A stretch of DNA of 63,964 nt, filler included, from 5 parts of 5 records of this genome joined end to end with filler, not necessarily neighbours in it, one strand, 5' to 3'. Positions 23,716 through 34,861 are shown, counted from the first letter of the whole stretch. Notes: generated from the letters alone by a model not told the origin. A program made the numbers and translations.

Positions 23716-24979
23716 CGCTAAAATCCCAATTTAAAAACCGCTGAGCGGCCCATAAAAACCCAAACACCACAATAGATGCCTTGATTAAGTGGTTGAGCAC
23801 CACCACCAATTCTGTCTCGGCCTTCACCACTTGCAGAAAAATAAGCGGTAAAAAGGCCAGTAACAGTAAATTTTGAGCAACTTTTTTCATGAGAAAACGC
23901 CAAAACAAGGCCAAAAACAAGCCCCAGAGTCCCATAAAGACGATACCGCCTACTTCCTTGTAATTGCCATAAGCCTCGCCCACAATACTAATACCCATAG
24001 AAGTATTCTCACCAATGCGCAAACCCGTAAACATTCTAAAATTATCTTGCCCACCGGCCTTTTTCTTATCGGGGTTTAAAAACCGCGGTAAAATGGCGGC
24101 ACTAATGGCCTCTTTAATGGTTTCACCACCTAAAAAATTCGTCTGACGTGGTATTTCATCCATGATGGCACTAATAATCCAGCCCTGATTTAAGCGTACG
24201 TTGTTAAGCTCTCCCGTTAACTCGTTGGTAGCGGTTTCGTTAGCAAACACCGCATCAATGACCAAGCCCGTAAACAACTCCAGTTTATTACCGCTATACC
24301 CCTCCCAAACCTGCAATCTATAAGCCATTTTGATGGTTTGCAAGGTGGTTAATGAGAAGGCGCCTATAACAATGGTAAGACTAATAAGCTTTAGGCTGGG
24401 CTTATACTTTAGCGCCCAAAACATATAAAAAAACACCGTCCACAAGACCAGGTCATGAAACATGGCTGCCTGGAGCGCACGAAAAAATAAATAGACCAAA
24501 ACCCCGTAGAATACTTGTTTTAATCGCGCATCGTTTGAGAAGAACAAAATAATGGCCCCCACAAACTTAAAATTACCAATAATAAACGCAAAAAAGCCCA
24601 GACTGCCCGGCAGTCTGCCGGCAATAAGGTCAAACACCACACCAATAGCAAAAATGGCAAGGCCATAATCTTTATAACGCACTAAGTTTTCAATCACCAA
24701 TACCTTATCACGTAGTCCACGTAGGCCCACAAGCACCATACTCGCAAAAGCCAGGTACGCAGGTACCACAAATTGCATGTAGCGCTGCTGCGCTACATAC
24801 ATATAGTATTTGTAGTGAAAACTAGGTGTGCTATATTCAATAAAAGGCCCAACAATCCATTGCAACCCGGCAATCAAAAGCACAAGCTGTAGCAGTGGCA
24901 CGCGCTTACCAAGATCACTTACAAACTTGAGAAATACGATTGCTACCGCCAGTAAACCTATAAGCGTCCAAATATTCAT
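23699..24979 (-). CDS. Polytopic membrane protein, Wzy/O-antigen polymerase-like
   Basis: About 10-11 hydrophobic segments with a large periplasmic loop (RLNQGWII...ILPRFLNPDK...SIVGEAYGN), inside a polysaccharide locus. Confidence 0.6.
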   Translation of the reverse strand: MNIWTLIGLLAVAIVFLKFVSDLGKRVPLLQLVLLIAGLQWIVGPFIEYSTPSFHYKYYMYVAQQRYMQFVVPAYLAFASMVLVGLRGLRDKVLVIENLVRYKDYGLAIFAIGVVFDLIAGRLPGSLGFFAFIIGNFKFVGAIILFFSNDARLKQVFYGVLVYLFFRALQAAMFHDLVLWTVFFYMFWALKYKPSLKLISLTIVIGAFSLTTLQTIKMAYRLQVWEGYSGNKLELFTGLVIDAVFANETATNELTGELNNVRLNQGWIISAIMDEIPRQTNFLGGETIKEAISAAILPRFLNPDKKKAGGQDNFRMFTGLRIGENTSMGISIVGEAYGNYKEVGGIVFMGLWGLFLALFWRFLMKKVAQNLLLLAFLPLIFLQVVKAETELVVVLNHLIKASIVVFGFLWAAQRFLNWDFSDGEDD

Positions 24980-25216
24980 TTTAATACCACTACATTTAAT
25001 TCTTTAATAATTGTCTTTATTGATTTAAAAAAATTATAAATCACCTATAAATACTTTAATTTTGGAGTGACATCATACTACTCTAAAGCATAGGCTATAA
25101 TTATTACGTATGTTCTTGAGTTACTATTTCAAGCGGTTTTAATATAATTTTCGCCCTGTTATACCCAAATATTGTTATGGTTTTCTACAAGTTTTTTATT
25201 CATTAAAATAAAGTTG

Positions 25217-26395
25217 TCATTTCTTTAAGATATTTCTAAGTAAAGGCCTAATCTGTTCAAAACAAGCTTCAAAGTTATATCTATCGAGAAAATCTTTTTT
25301 AGCAGCAATTGAGGCCTCTAACCAATTTTCACTTATAGCGTGCAAAGCGCTCAATAATGAAGCGTTAGTTAGGTCTGTGAAATAAGACCATTGTCTATCT
25401 TTAAGATAATAATTGTAATGGCTATTATCAAAAAGTAATACTGGTAAGCCAATAGCTGCATATTCATAAATTTTATTTGATGCAGATCCGCCAGTTGCAT
25501 AAGTGATATTATACGGTTCATGGATAGCAAGACCCACATCAAACGCCGATAAATATTTTGGTAAATCCGCAAAAGCTTTCATACCATGATAAAAGAACTT
25601 ATCTGTAACATTATGTGCGTTAGCTAAATTTTGCAATTCTTCTAAATACTGTTCTCTTATTTTTCCCACAAGGTGAAGTTCTAGAGATTTTTCATTAATT
25701 GTCTGATTAAGAATTTTTATAATATATTCTAGCCCATGACCTTTACCAATTGACCCTTGATAAACAAGTTTTAACTGAGATGTATTGATTATTTCTTTTT
25801 TAGCGTATTTAGAATACAATTTTTTATATGGGTAATTAGGGATTATAAAAGGTTCAATACCCTTTGGAATATTCTTAAAATAGACCAACCTCTCTTTTGA
25901 TGGCAAAGAGAACATACCAATATTTTGTATTGCGCTATCTTGCTTGCTTGATGCTATAGACATGATAGAAAAATAATTTGCCTTGCTTAGATCTGTTACA
26001 TCATGATTGTGATACCATAAAAGTGAATTTTGCTTTTTAAGAGTTGCTTTTAAAAGGTGCGTCACATACAATGGTATTGCATCATAGACCAATACTATTT
26101 GTGATTTGTTTTTTTTAATGAGCCTATGACTCATCATTACAAATTTTAAAAAATGAATTATTTTTAAAACAAATGAAACTTTTTCTATTTCAAATCCAAC
26201 ATACTTTTTCTTATTAATATAATGAACCCTTACATTTTTTGGATACTCCCATTTAGAAATTAACATCTTACGAGTAACAACATCTATGGTATCTGTAATT
26301 TGAGATAGTTCCTCAATGGCAGAGAGCGTGGGTGGATACAACTCTGGATGTGCATATATTAAAATAGTGATGTGATTGATTGGCTTTTTAGACAT
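25217..26395 (-). CDS. Glycosyltransferase family 4-like
   Basis: LVYQGSIGKGHGLE and SASNKIYEYAAIGLPV. Confidence 0.85.
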   Translation of the reverse strand: MSKKPINHITILIYAHPELYPPTLSAIEELSQITDTIDVVTRKMLISKWEYPKNVRVHYINKKKYVGFEIEKVSFVLKIIHFLKFVMMSHRLIKKNKSQIVLVYDAIPLYVTHLLKATLKKQNSLLWYHNHDVTDLSKANYFSIMSIASSKQDSAIQNIGMFSLPSKERLVYFKNIPKGIEPFIIPNYPYKKLYSKYAKKEIINTSQLKLVYQGSIGKGHGLEYIIKILNQTINEKSLELHLVGKIREQYLEELQNLANAHNVTDKFFYHGMKAFADLPKYLSAFDVGLAIHEPYNITYATGGSASNKIYEYAAIGLPVLLFDNSHYNYYLKDRQWSYFTDLTNASLLSALHAISENWLEASIAAKKDFLDRYNFEACFEQIRPLLRNILKK

Positions 26396-27401
26396 TAAAT
26401 AGGTTATTTAAAATACCCTGCATTCTATTTTCAAAGGTGTAATTATCTTTAAAACACCTATCATAACCAGCTTTTGCAATGGCTAATCTCTCTGTATCGT
26501 GTTGCAGGTAATATTGTATTTTTTGTAAAAGTTCCTCTTTAGAGGAGAAAAACTCGGCTTCTTTACCCTCTTTGAATAACTGCATGTGCTCATCAGTGCG
26601 TTCTGCAAGCATAAAGCCTCCACTAGCTGGAATTTCAACACTTCTGGAAGTTTGCAGATCACGATTCATTTTTCTTAAAAAATTAAGCGCAATTTTGGAG
26701 CACCCTAAGGCTGCTGAAAATTCTTCCTCAAATAAAAATCGGTTATGAAATATTAAATTTGGATGTATTTCATTTTTAACCTGTTTTACCCAGCCATATA
26801 TATGCACCTTGATACCATTTTGAGCTAAATAAATTAATTGAGCTAAACGATCCTCTTCCATAGCGCCCACAAATACAACATCATGCACACAGGTATATGT
26901 ATCACAACTTTTAATCGGATAGTGCACCTTGGGCTCAAAGGCTTTGTTTTGAAAAAACGTCTTTGCTCCTAAAGATGGTAGCTCATTAGGTTTGCAATTA
27001 TATGATTTTTGCGTTACGACCAAATCATACCATTTTAAACTAAGTGTGTACCATAAAGAGCGGTTATGCCAGGCATACATATCATCATTAGACCAAGAAA
27101 TAGATTTAATTCCTCTTGCTTTTATAAACTTTAAAGTGCTTGGTTTTATAGTGACCCCTTTTACAATAAACACAATATCTGGTTTAAAATTTATACAGGC
27201 TTCTTTAATGCTTTTATTGAGGTTGTTTGCATCTCTTGGTATTTTTATTTTATGTAATACACGATCAAGTGTGGTCCTTTTATAATTTTTAGGATAAGCA
27301 AAGAGCACCTTTACCTCTTGAGTCAACGTTTTCCAGGCAAGCAAGGTTTTTAATCTTGACTCTCGCATAGGCGCGCTGTTGTATACAAAAAGAAGTTTCA
27401 A
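26388..27401 (-). CDS. CgeB-like glycosyltransferase (Glyco_trans_1_2)
   Basis: KIALNFLRKMNRDLQTSRSVEIPASGGFMLAERT...GKEAEFF. Confidence 0.85.
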   Translation of the reverse strand: MKLLFVYNSAPMRESRLKTLLAWKTLTQEVKVLFAYPKNYKRTTLDRVLHKIKIPRDANNLNKSIKEACINFKPDIVFIVKGVTIKPSTLKFIKARGIKSISWSNDDMYAWHNRSLWYTLSLKWYDLVVTQKSYNCKPNELPSLGAKTFFQNKAFEPKVHYPIKSCDTYTCVHDVVFVGAMEEDRLAQLIYLAQNGIKVHIYGWVKQVKNEIHPNLIFHNRFLFEEEFSAALGCSKIALNFLRKMNRDLQTSRSVEIPASGGFMLAERTDEHMQLFKEGKEAEFFSSKEELLQKIQYYLQHDTERLAIAKAGYDRCFKDNYTFENRMQGILNNLFNV

Positions 27402-28345
27402 TGTATTAGATTTCGTTTTATAGATGTTAAACCTATGGCTAATTTAAAACCTACAAGGTATTGTACGAGTTTAAAAAAAGTACTTCCCACCAAAGGAGCT
27501 TTAACTCCAAGCTCATTTATCTCACTATAAGCTTCATTTATTAATTGAGCGTGAGCGGGATAATATTCATAAATAAACCTTGAGAAGTTTCTTGCCAGTG
27601 CGCGTCTAGTGAGCTTAGAATCCTGAAATTTTAAAATCTCTTTTTGGTAAGATTTATATACCAAAAGCGCAGATTCTGCAGCCTTTTTTGATTTGTGCTG
27701 TCTTGATAAACTATTATCTTGTTGTCTATAATAAACAACTGTGTTTTTTACAAATACATTACCTTTAGACGCTAACAATACCCTGCACATAAACTCGCCA
27801 TCATCATGGAGTGTCAAACGTTCATCCCATAAGCCTGATGTTTCAATAATACTTTTGGGTATTAACCAACAGCCCGGAATCATCATACCGCCACCGGTAA
27901 GCGAACTCACCATCCATTCAATGGGGTTACTCATTTCCCAAACCGGCTGCTTATTAACTGTGGCTTCAGAGATATCGTTGTGAAACTTCGCCCAGGCGCA
28001 GGAAGCAATCCAGCCTTTTGGATGGCTTTCCAGTACCTTTAATTGTGAAGCTATTTTATTGGGTGCTAGCAAATCGTCAGCATCCAAAAACATGATATAA
28101 TCACCCGTAGCCTTATAAAAACCGTAATTACGAGCCGCGGCAGCATTGGCTAAAGCAATTTGATAAATCTGAAGCCTAGCATCGGATAGGGATTGCGCAG
28201 CTTCTAAACTGCCATCGACAGAGCCGTTCTCTACAACAATCACTTCAAGATTCCTATAGCTTTGTTGTAAACATGATGATAAGGTGGCACGAATATAACT
28301 TTCAGCATTATGTAGTGGTATAATCACAGATACTTTAGCAGACAT
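27398..28345 (-). CDS. Glycosyltransferase family 2
   Basis: VSVIIPLHN, AAARNYG and FLDADD. Start moved to ATG 28345. Confidence 0.92.
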   Translation of the reverse strand: MSAKVSVIIPLHNAESYIRATLSSCLQQSYRNLEVIVVENGSVDGSLEAAQSLSDARLQIYQIALANAAAARNYGFYKATGDYIMFLDADDLLAPNKIASQLKVLESHPKGWIASCAWAKFHNDISEATVNKQPVWEMSNPIEWMVSSLTGGGMMIPGCWLIPKSIIETSGLWDERLTLHDDGEFMCRVLLASKGNVFVKNTVVYYRQQDNSLSRQHKSKKAAESALLVYKSYQKEILKFQDSKLTRRALARNFSRFIYEYYPAHAQLINEAYSEINELGVKAPLVGSTFFKLVQYLVGFKLAIGLTSIKRNLIH

Positions 28346-28353
28346 GATCGGGC

Positions 28354-29217
28354 TTACAAGTTTTTTAAAATATGCCACCAACCGGTGTTACAATTTCTAA
28401 CAATGTGATGCGCTGTTAACCATCTACCTTGTGCAACCAGCCTCATCACCTGTCGGGCAAAACGTTTTTTGACCTTTTTTAAAGCCACTCTACGTTGCCC
28501 AATGTCTAATGGTAAATCAGGATGACTTAAGATCGCTCGCTCATGTTTAAAAGCATTCTCCAAATAAAAATAACTGTCTTGTCCCTTGGTAATTTCTTGG
28601 TCGTCATGGCGCCTCCAAAAAATCAAGCCTGGCACCATCTTAACCACAGGGCCATGCATAGCCAGTTGGTACCACATTTCGGTATCTCCAATGTACCGCG
28701 TGCCAGTAAACCCACCTAACTGTTCAAAGGCATCTCGCCGGATGATGGTACCGGTAGGCCCTAAGCCCAAAACCCCACGTTGTAAAAATTCGCGCTGAAA
28801 AGTTTCTTGGGGCGTCATCACAAAAGGATAAGGCTTCAAATCTTCCGCCACTTCTTGCGAAATCCCTAAAGCACATTCGGGGTGGGCTTCCATGGTCTCT
28901 ACCATAATTTCTAAGCCATGGGGATAAAGCAGGTCATCCGCGTCCAAGTACTTTAGGTATTTACCCTTCGCATAAGCCGCCGCTTGATTGCGGTTGGGGT
29001 AATCCCCTAAATTTTTTTCATTGACATAAACATAGATGCGATCATCTTGGTCCGCATAGCGTTTCGCAATGGCCACCGAAGCATCGGTCGATTGGTCATC
29101 CACCAAAATGAGTTCCCAGTCTTGATAGGTGGAGGCTAAGACACTCTCTATACAAGCAGCTAAATATTTTTCACGGTTAAAAACCGTGGTAAGAATAGAA
29201 ACAATAAGTGCAGCCAT
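28354..29217 (-). CDS. Glycosyltransferase family 2
   Basis: ELILVDDQSTD, NLGDYPNRN and YLDADD. Confidence 0.92.
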   Translation of the reverse strand: MAALIVSILTTVFNREKYLAACIESVLASTYQDWELILVDDQSTDASVAIAKRYADQDDRIYVYVNEKNLGDYPNRNQAAAYAKGKYLKYLDADDLLYPHGLEIMVETMEAHPECALGISQEVAEDLKPYPFVMTPQETFQREFLQRGVLGLGPTGTIIRRDAFEQLGGFTGTRYIGDTEMWYQLAMHGPVVKMVPGLIFWRRHDDQEITKGQDSYFYLENAFKHERAILSHPDLPLDIGQRRVALKKVKKRFARQVMRLVAQGRWLTAHHIVRNCNTGWWHILKNL

Positions 29218-29237
29218 TTTTAGATGAGGTTATAGTA

Positions 29238-30191
29238 TCAAGCAAATAACTTGACGAGATAAATGAATTTAAATTTTAGTGTTAATATGTAGCGTATAAT
29301 GCGCCTGCGTTGTTTCAAGCTTAAATGAGTTTTTATACTTCTGTACGATAGCAACCAAAACTCGGCTTGTTTTTGATTCCTTTTATCAGCGTATTGTGCT
29401 TTGATCTGGGGTTGCACATATTCATCTATGATTGTAAGTAATTCTTGATGAGTTGTAAGCGCCAAGCCATTATTAAACGTTTCTTGGGTTGCATTATTAT
29501 TATGTACACGATAATGGGCCAAAACTTGATTACTGGTAGCTATCGGATAAGCATTTGCAATACGAATCCACATCTCCCAATCTTCCATACAGTTTAAACG
29601 GCGATCAAAAGTGCCAATGCTTTCATAAACGGATCGCTTTACCACCATAGAGGGAGTTTGAATGTATTGTTCGGTATAGAGTTTGGCCAACATATCGGGG
29701 ACAATACCGGCTTCCTCTTGTACCATCCCCGTCATCCCGGTCCATCGGCTTTGATGGTCTATATATATCGTTCTACAAAAAGCAGCCCCTGCGCTAGGGT
29801 ATTCCTTTAAAAGCTGGGTCATGGTGGTATAAAACCCCGGACGCACCATATCATCTCCATGCAATTGGTGAATGTAGAGTCCTTTACTGGCTTGTAAACC
29901 TGTTTCATAATTGCGTACCTTCCCTACATTCTTATTTTGACGAATAAACTGCACACGCCCCTGACCATACTGCCGGACCACCGCTTCCGGATCGTCCTTG
30001 GTCGAATGGTCATCCACCACGATGATTTCCATTTGCTCGGGTCCTAAATCTTGTGCTAAAACGGAACCCAGGGTCTCCTTTAAATAATGGGCACAATTAT
30101 AGGTAGGGATCACTACTGACCATAAGGGTCTTTTAACAGTCTCTGCAACCGGCGCTAGTTGGATGTAATGCGGTGCTGTATTACTGCTCAT
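29238..30191 (-). CDS. Glycosyltransferase family 2
   Basis: WSVVIPTYN, VVDDHST, LHGDD and EDWEMWIR. Confidence 0.92.
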   Translation of the reverse strand: MSSNTAPHYIQLAPVAETVKRPLWSVVIPTYNCAHYLKETLGSVLAQDLGPEQMEIIVVDDHSTKDDPEAVVRQYGQGRVQFIRQNKNVGKVRNYETGLQASKGLYIHQLHGDDMVRPGFYTTMTQLLKEYPSAGAAFCRTIYIDHQSRWTGMTGMVQEEAGIVPDMLAKLYTEQYIQTPSMVVKRSVYESIGTFDRRLNCMEDWEMWIRIANAYPIATSNQVLAHYRVHNNNATQETFNNGLALTTHQELLTIIDEYVQPQIKAQYADKRNQKQAEFWLLSYRSIKTHLSLKQRRRIIRYILTLKFKFIYLVKLFA

Positions 30192-30194
30192 TTA

Positions 30195-30992
30195 CTAATA
30201 ACCAATTAATGGCATTTTTCGTTTTAGTATAATTTCTAATATTTTGCGCGGTAAACGAATCACCCACCATTGATTTGACTTTTTAAGGTCGTAACGGTAA
30301 GCCCCGAGTTTTGCTTTATGGGTCCAATTAAACCATAAGGTGTCCCACCACCCAAACCAATTGTGCGGGTACTTGTAGCGATACGGTGGGGGTATCTCAT
30401 ACACATTATCGGCTTCGGTATAAACCAGCTCGCGCTGACCTTTGTGGATATGATAGGTCTTAATACTAAAGGCCGGGTTTAAAACGGTATAGCCGGCTTG
30501 CTCCAACTCATACATCAACCGATTATCGCAGCGAGGTACCCCTAATGGGAAATCCGCTTGTAAGTTGGGCTTTATAGGGCCTTTAAAGATCCAGACATCC
30601 TGACTGCTATTTTTATTGTACAGCTGTGGTCTTCGGCCTTCAGTCGTGTCCCAACGAGACAGAGCCAACACCGTGTTTTCTAAATCAAGATGTTGTAGTA
30701 CCCCTATGTGCTTATCAAAATAAATGTCGGTATTGGCAACGATATGTATGCCATTTTTACTACCATGTTGCTTGATATATTGAAAAAAATCCTGATATCG
30801 TGGCCTTTGGGCTATATCAATAACCTTTAGCTTATTGGACTCAAAGGCTGATAGATTAACGCCTTCATTGAATACGGTTACACTTGTGAGCACCTGGTTG
30901 TCTAGATTTCGTTGCAAGCAAGTGAACAACTCTTTGAGCCTTTCCGGCTTTTTTTCGGAGTAAAAGGTGGTATATAAATGTAAGGTTAACAT
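30195..30992 (-). CDS. Conserved hypothetical protein, possibly a divergent GT-A-fold transferase
   Basis: Intact ORF in the operon with IVANTDIYFD, ALSRWD, SQDVWIF and GVPRCDNRL motifs; no family confidently recognised. Confidence 0.6.
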   Translation of the reverse strand: MLTLHLYTTFYSEKKPERLKELFTCLQRNLDNQVLTSVTVFNEGVNLSAFESNKLKVIDIAQRPRYQDFFQYIKQHGSKNGIHIVANTDIYFDKHIGVLQHLDLENTVLALSRWDTTEGRRPQLYNKNSSQDVWIFKGPIKPNLQADFPLGVPRCDNRLMYELEQAGYTVLNPAFSIKTYHIHKGQRELVYTEADNVYEIPPPYRYKYPHNWFGWWDTLWFNWTHKAKLGAYRYDLKKSNQWWVIRLPRKILEIILKRKMPLIGY

Positions 30993-31063
30993 TGATTTTA
31001 AGCACTTAACTAATAAGCTGAGTTATCTTCGTACTATTTTAAGCTATATTTGAACCGTTATAC

Positions 31064-33028
31064 TTATTTTACCAATAAGTCTCTGAGAGTAACAAGGTGC
31101 TCTGTCACAGGAAACTTTAGTTCAATTGTTTTTGCGCTTTTTGGTAAATCATGCGAAAAATAATAATAGTACTGGTCTAAGATTTCGTCATAGTCCTTAC
31201 CTATTAAAGCGTAGCTACTGGTTTTATGAGATTTTGGACTAACCGGGTTGTTGTTAATTTCCATTTCAAAATTTTCAGGACTTTCTTTAGTTTTCACAAA
31301 AAAAGAAATTGTAGTCATTTTTGACATCTGCTCTAAACGTAATATGGTTTCGTTTTTCTGGGTATCTAATTTTTTAAAATTCAACTCATAAGGATACACA
31401 ATTGCTCCAACATCCTCAGATTGTACTATTCCATTTAATAACACAAATTTATCTTCTTTAAAGTCTAATAATGTTCCCGGTATGATTCGAACCATTAAAT
31501 TGGCAAGCACAAAAACAAAAAACAAAGCACCGATTATCAAGGATAAAGGCATTATGAGATGTGGTTTTAAATTAAACACACTTTTTATATTTATATTATC
31601 GGGATTTAAGGCTCCGTAGGCAGCAAAAAATATTAGTGACGGATATAATATTAAAGAATATGTTGCATTCACCTCTGTAACTAAAAAAAGAGGCAGTATA
31701 ACCAAGGGATAAATAATGTATATGTTAGTTATACTCACAAAACTTTTATTTATGATATGAATTAATAAACCCTTTATAGCAAAGCACATTAAAATAATTT
31801 TAGAAATTAAGCTTATAATCATCAATCCTAATTTTATTAGCCAAATGTTTTGGTTCAAAGGGTCATAAAATTTGGCATCCATATAAAAAAAGGATTCAGG
31901 AGTCATAGAAAATAACTTGCTAAACTTTTGGTACCATAGAACAGACATATCTTTGGGATAGTAAGCAATTTGAGACACATACTTTTTAATTGAGAGCATA
32001 GATTTATCCTTATCAGGAACTTGTACTAAATAATTGTATCTGTTTTCTTTGCCACTGTGGTAATCTCCTGTTTTATCAATATCGTTGTAAGAATATATCA
32101 TACTTGTAATAGAAAAAAACGAATCCCTTTCACCGTAATTTTTCTTAGCATAAATAGTAATTAAAAAACTCATCAAAAGAGAACCAATTACAATTACAAT
32201 CAAAGATCTTGTAACCTCATACTTTTTAGCTGAAAATTCATTTTTATAAGTAATAAGAATCAAAAAAATCAGACTAATCAGCAATGGCATTTTGATTCCT
32301 CTTTGAAAATCATTTATTAATATGAGAATAACGATTAATGATATTTGCAACAACCTTGAGTATTTGGGTGGTTTTCTAAACAAAGTATGAATCGCTAAAC
32401 ATAGTAACGAAAAATAAAAAATAGAGGCCAAATCATGCGATGCGATGGTTATTGTTGCATAAAATTCAAATGATATACAGTAAAACAGCATAAAGTAAAA
32501 AGCCAGCCGCTTACCATATTCTTGATTAATGATATAGGTAAATATTAAAACAGAACCTAAATGTAACAACAAATTGACAAATTGCACACTTAACAACATC
32601 TTAGGAAACACATATAAAATTGGAAATGTGTAAAATAATGACCGCCTGTGATAAATATTATTTAAATTAAAATTCTGAAAATCTTGAGAAATTAAAAGTC
32701 CCGAAGAAAAGTATTTTTCGGGATCGTACAGCAGTGTAACATCACTTGTAATAATATTTAAAAAGCCCATCAAAAAGATTAGGATAAATAAACCAACAAA
32801 GTGATATCGAGTTAATTTATAATTGGAAATACTTTTGATTATTCTGCGTGAAAACAACCATAAGAATATCAACAATAAAGCAAAAACAAAATAGTAGATA
32901 ATTTTTTTCGATACACCATGTATCTGTTCAAATATGGCCGTGCCCGTATTAAATAGACTATTTACCAATGCTACTACTAAAAGCAGCATTAACGCACTGA
33001 ATATTATTTTCAAAATATTATTTAACAT
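31064..33028 (-). CDS. Large polytopic membrane protein, GT-C/ArnT-like candidate
   Basis: About 13 TM segments, an acidic YDPEKY motif in the first long loop and a soluble C-terminal domain; very AT-rich. Confidence 0.55.
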   Translation of the reverse strand: MLNNILKIIFSALMLLLVVALVNSLFNTGTAIFEQIHGVSKKIIYYFVFALLLIFLWLFSRRIIKSISNYKLTRYHFVGLFILIFLMGFLNIITSDVTLLYDPEKYFSSGLLISQDFQNFNLNNIYHRRSLFYTFPILYVFPKMLLSVQFVNLLLHLGSVLIFTYIINQEYGKRLAFYFMLFYCISFEFYATITIASHDLASIFYFSLLCLAIHTLFRKPPKYSRLLQISLIVILILINDFQRGIKMPLLISLIFLILITYKNEFSAKKYEVTRSLIVIVIGSLLMSFLITIYAKKNYGERDSFFSITSMIYSYNDIDKTGDYHSGKENRYNYLVQVPDKDKSMLSIKKYVSQIAYYPKDMSVLWYQKFSKLFSMTPESFFYMDAKFYDPLNQNIWLIKLGLMIISLISKIILMCFAIKGLLIHIINKSFVSITNIYIIYPLVILPLFLVTEVNATYSLILYPSLIFFAAYGALNPDNINIKSVFNLKPHLIMPLSLIIGALFFVFVLANLMVRIIPGTLLDFKEDKFVLLNGIVQSEDVGAIVYPYELNFKKLDTQKNETILRLEQMSKMTTISFFVKTKESPENFEMEINNNPVSPKSHKTSSYALIGKDYDEILDQYYYYFSHDLPKSAKTIELKFPVTEHLVTLRDLLVK

Positions 33029-33096
33029 CCAAATAAAATTTGTGTTCTACATCATTAATTGTAACGAATACGCAATTTAAAACAACTTTAAAATCA

Positions 33097-34215
33097 TTAC
33101 GATTTCATGCTATCAACATTCAAATCATAATAAAACGGCAACCGCACCAAGCAATCTGTATAACGGTCGCTGTGAGGCAGCTGTCTGCCATCGTGATTGT
33201 GGGCGTAAAATTCGCTTTGGTGTAAAGAGAGGTAGTGAAACACCGGGTGAATGTTGTTGGCTTTCATCTGTTGAATAAATGCCGTGCGCTGCTCTGCTTC
33301 TTTAAACACCAGGTAAAACATATGGGCGTTGTTGGTGGCGTAGTTTGGAATTACCGGTGTACTGAACTCAAATTGGGTACCCCATAACTCTTGTACATGG
33401 CCGGCATACCAGTTCCAAATGTCCTTACGACGGTTTTGAATGTGTGGTAACTGCTCTAACTGCGCATACAAAAAAGAAGCCGTTAACTCATTGGGTAAAA
33501 AACTGCTTCCGGTATCTACCCAGCCGTATTTGTTAATTTCTCCTCTAAAAAACGATGCCCGGTTGGTGCCCTTTTCCCATAAAATCTCAGCGCGCTGCAT
33601 AAATCGCTCGTCGTTGATGGCCAGCATACCTCCTTCGCCGCATTGTATGTTTTTGGTTTCGTGAAAGGAAAAGGCCCCTAAATGCCCGATACTACCCAAG
33701 GGTTTTTTAACACCATCTGCCCCCATATAATAACTGTCTATGGCCTGCGCTGCATCTTCTACCACAAACAGGTTGTACCGCTCAGCCAGCGCCATGATCT
33801 GATCCATATCGCAAGCCACACCGGCATAATGCACCACCACAATGGCTTTGGTGCGGTTGGTAATAAGTGCTTCAACGAGCTGCTCATCTATACCCGGATG
33901 GTCTGCCCTGCTGTCTGCAAACACCACCTTGGCACCCTGCCGTACAAAGGCCAGGGCCGTACTCACAAAGGTATATGAGGGCATGATGACTTCATCGCCG
34001 GGTTGAATGTCTAATAGCATGGCACACATCTCCAGCGCATCTGTACATGAGGTGGTGAGCAAGGTTTTTTTAAAACCGAATTGGGTCTCGAAAAATTGCT
34101 GACATTTTTTGGTAAATAACCCATTACCACTGATATGACCCGTAGCCACAGCTTCTTGTAGATATTGCACTTCTTTGCCTGAAAGGTAGGGTTTGTTAAA
34201 GGGGATTGACAACAT
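33097..34215 (-). CDS. wecE: dTDP-4-amino-4,6-dideoxygalactose transaminase
   Basis: IPFNKP, LTTSCTDALEM, VEDAAQA, FSFHETKNIQCGEGG and EKGTNR...KYGWVDTGSS (RffA/WecE signatures). Confidence 0.9.
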   Translation of the reverse strand: MLSIPFNKPYLSGKEVQYLQEAVATGHISGNGLFTKKCQQFFETQFGFKKTLLTTSCTDALEMCAMLLDIQPGDEVIMPSYTFVSTALAFVRQGAKVVFADSRADHPGIDEQLVEALITNRTKAIVVVHYAGVACDMDQIMALAERYNLFVVEDAAQAIDSYYMGADGVKKPLGSIGHLGAFSFHETKNIQCGEGGMLAINDERFMQRAEILWEKGTNRASFFRGEINKYGWVDTGSSFLPNELTASFLYAQLEQLPHIQNRRKDIWNWYAGHVQELWGTQFEFSTPVIPNYATNNAHMFYLVFKEAEQRTAFIQQMKANNIHPVFHYLSLHQSEFYAHNHDGRQLPHSDRYTDCLVRLPFYYDLNVDSMKS

Positions 34216-34861
34216 AATGATAGATATATTTCTTGTTTCGAATTGTAAAACCCATTTTATTATAAAAATTGCAAGCTAAAAGATTGGTTTCTTGTGTCGG
34301 AACAGTAAGCCTTTTGGCTGGTCCAATAAGTGTTTCTGCTGTAACAATTAATTTTTTGCCTATACCCTTACCTCTCGCATTGCCAGCAACCGCAATGAAA
34401 TCTATATGATAGTTATTATCTTGCATTAAATACGAAATAAAACCTAAAAGATGACCATCCTCGACATAAACTAAAGTTGTTGCTTCTTCATTTTGAAGAA
34501 TTTTATCAATCCATTTTTTATACAATCTTCTAAAAGCGTCCACTCCAAAAAAAGAATCATTTAAAAATCGTGATTGATGACCACTCAAATAAACCAATTG
34601 TAAGAGCATATCATAAGAATGTATTAATGGGTTAAATACTTTGATCGAATTATCAATTACATTCCCAGATGTTATTTTTTCAAAAGTTACCTTAGTGTCA
34701 ACTAAACGATATTGACTATCTAGTTTTACATCGGAAAAAATATAAATTAGGTTATAAGAATCCATAATTAAGCTAGGAATTTTCTTAGCTTTACCTTTAT
34801 GAAGGTATTTACCGATACGAAAACCAAAAAAACTAGAATCCCATTCTAAATATTCAATCAT
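34196..34861 (-). CDS. GNAT acetyltransferase, WecD/RffC-like (dTDP-fucosamine N-acetyltransferase)
   Basis: LEWDSSFFG, SRF, ARGKGIGKKLI and TQETNLLACNFYNKMGF; overlaps wecE. Confidence 0.8.
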   Translation of the reverse strand: MIEYLEWDSSFFGFRIGKYLHKGKAKKIPSLIMDSYNLIYIFSDVKLDSQYRLVDTKVTFEKITSGNVIDNSIKVFNPLIHSYDMLLQLVYLSGHQSRFLNDSFFGVDAFRRLYKKWIDKILQNEEATTLVYVEDGHLLGFISYLMQDNNYHIDFIAVAGNARGKGIGKKLIVTAETLIGPAKRLTVPTQETNLLACNFYNKMGFTIRNKKYIYHYVVNPL

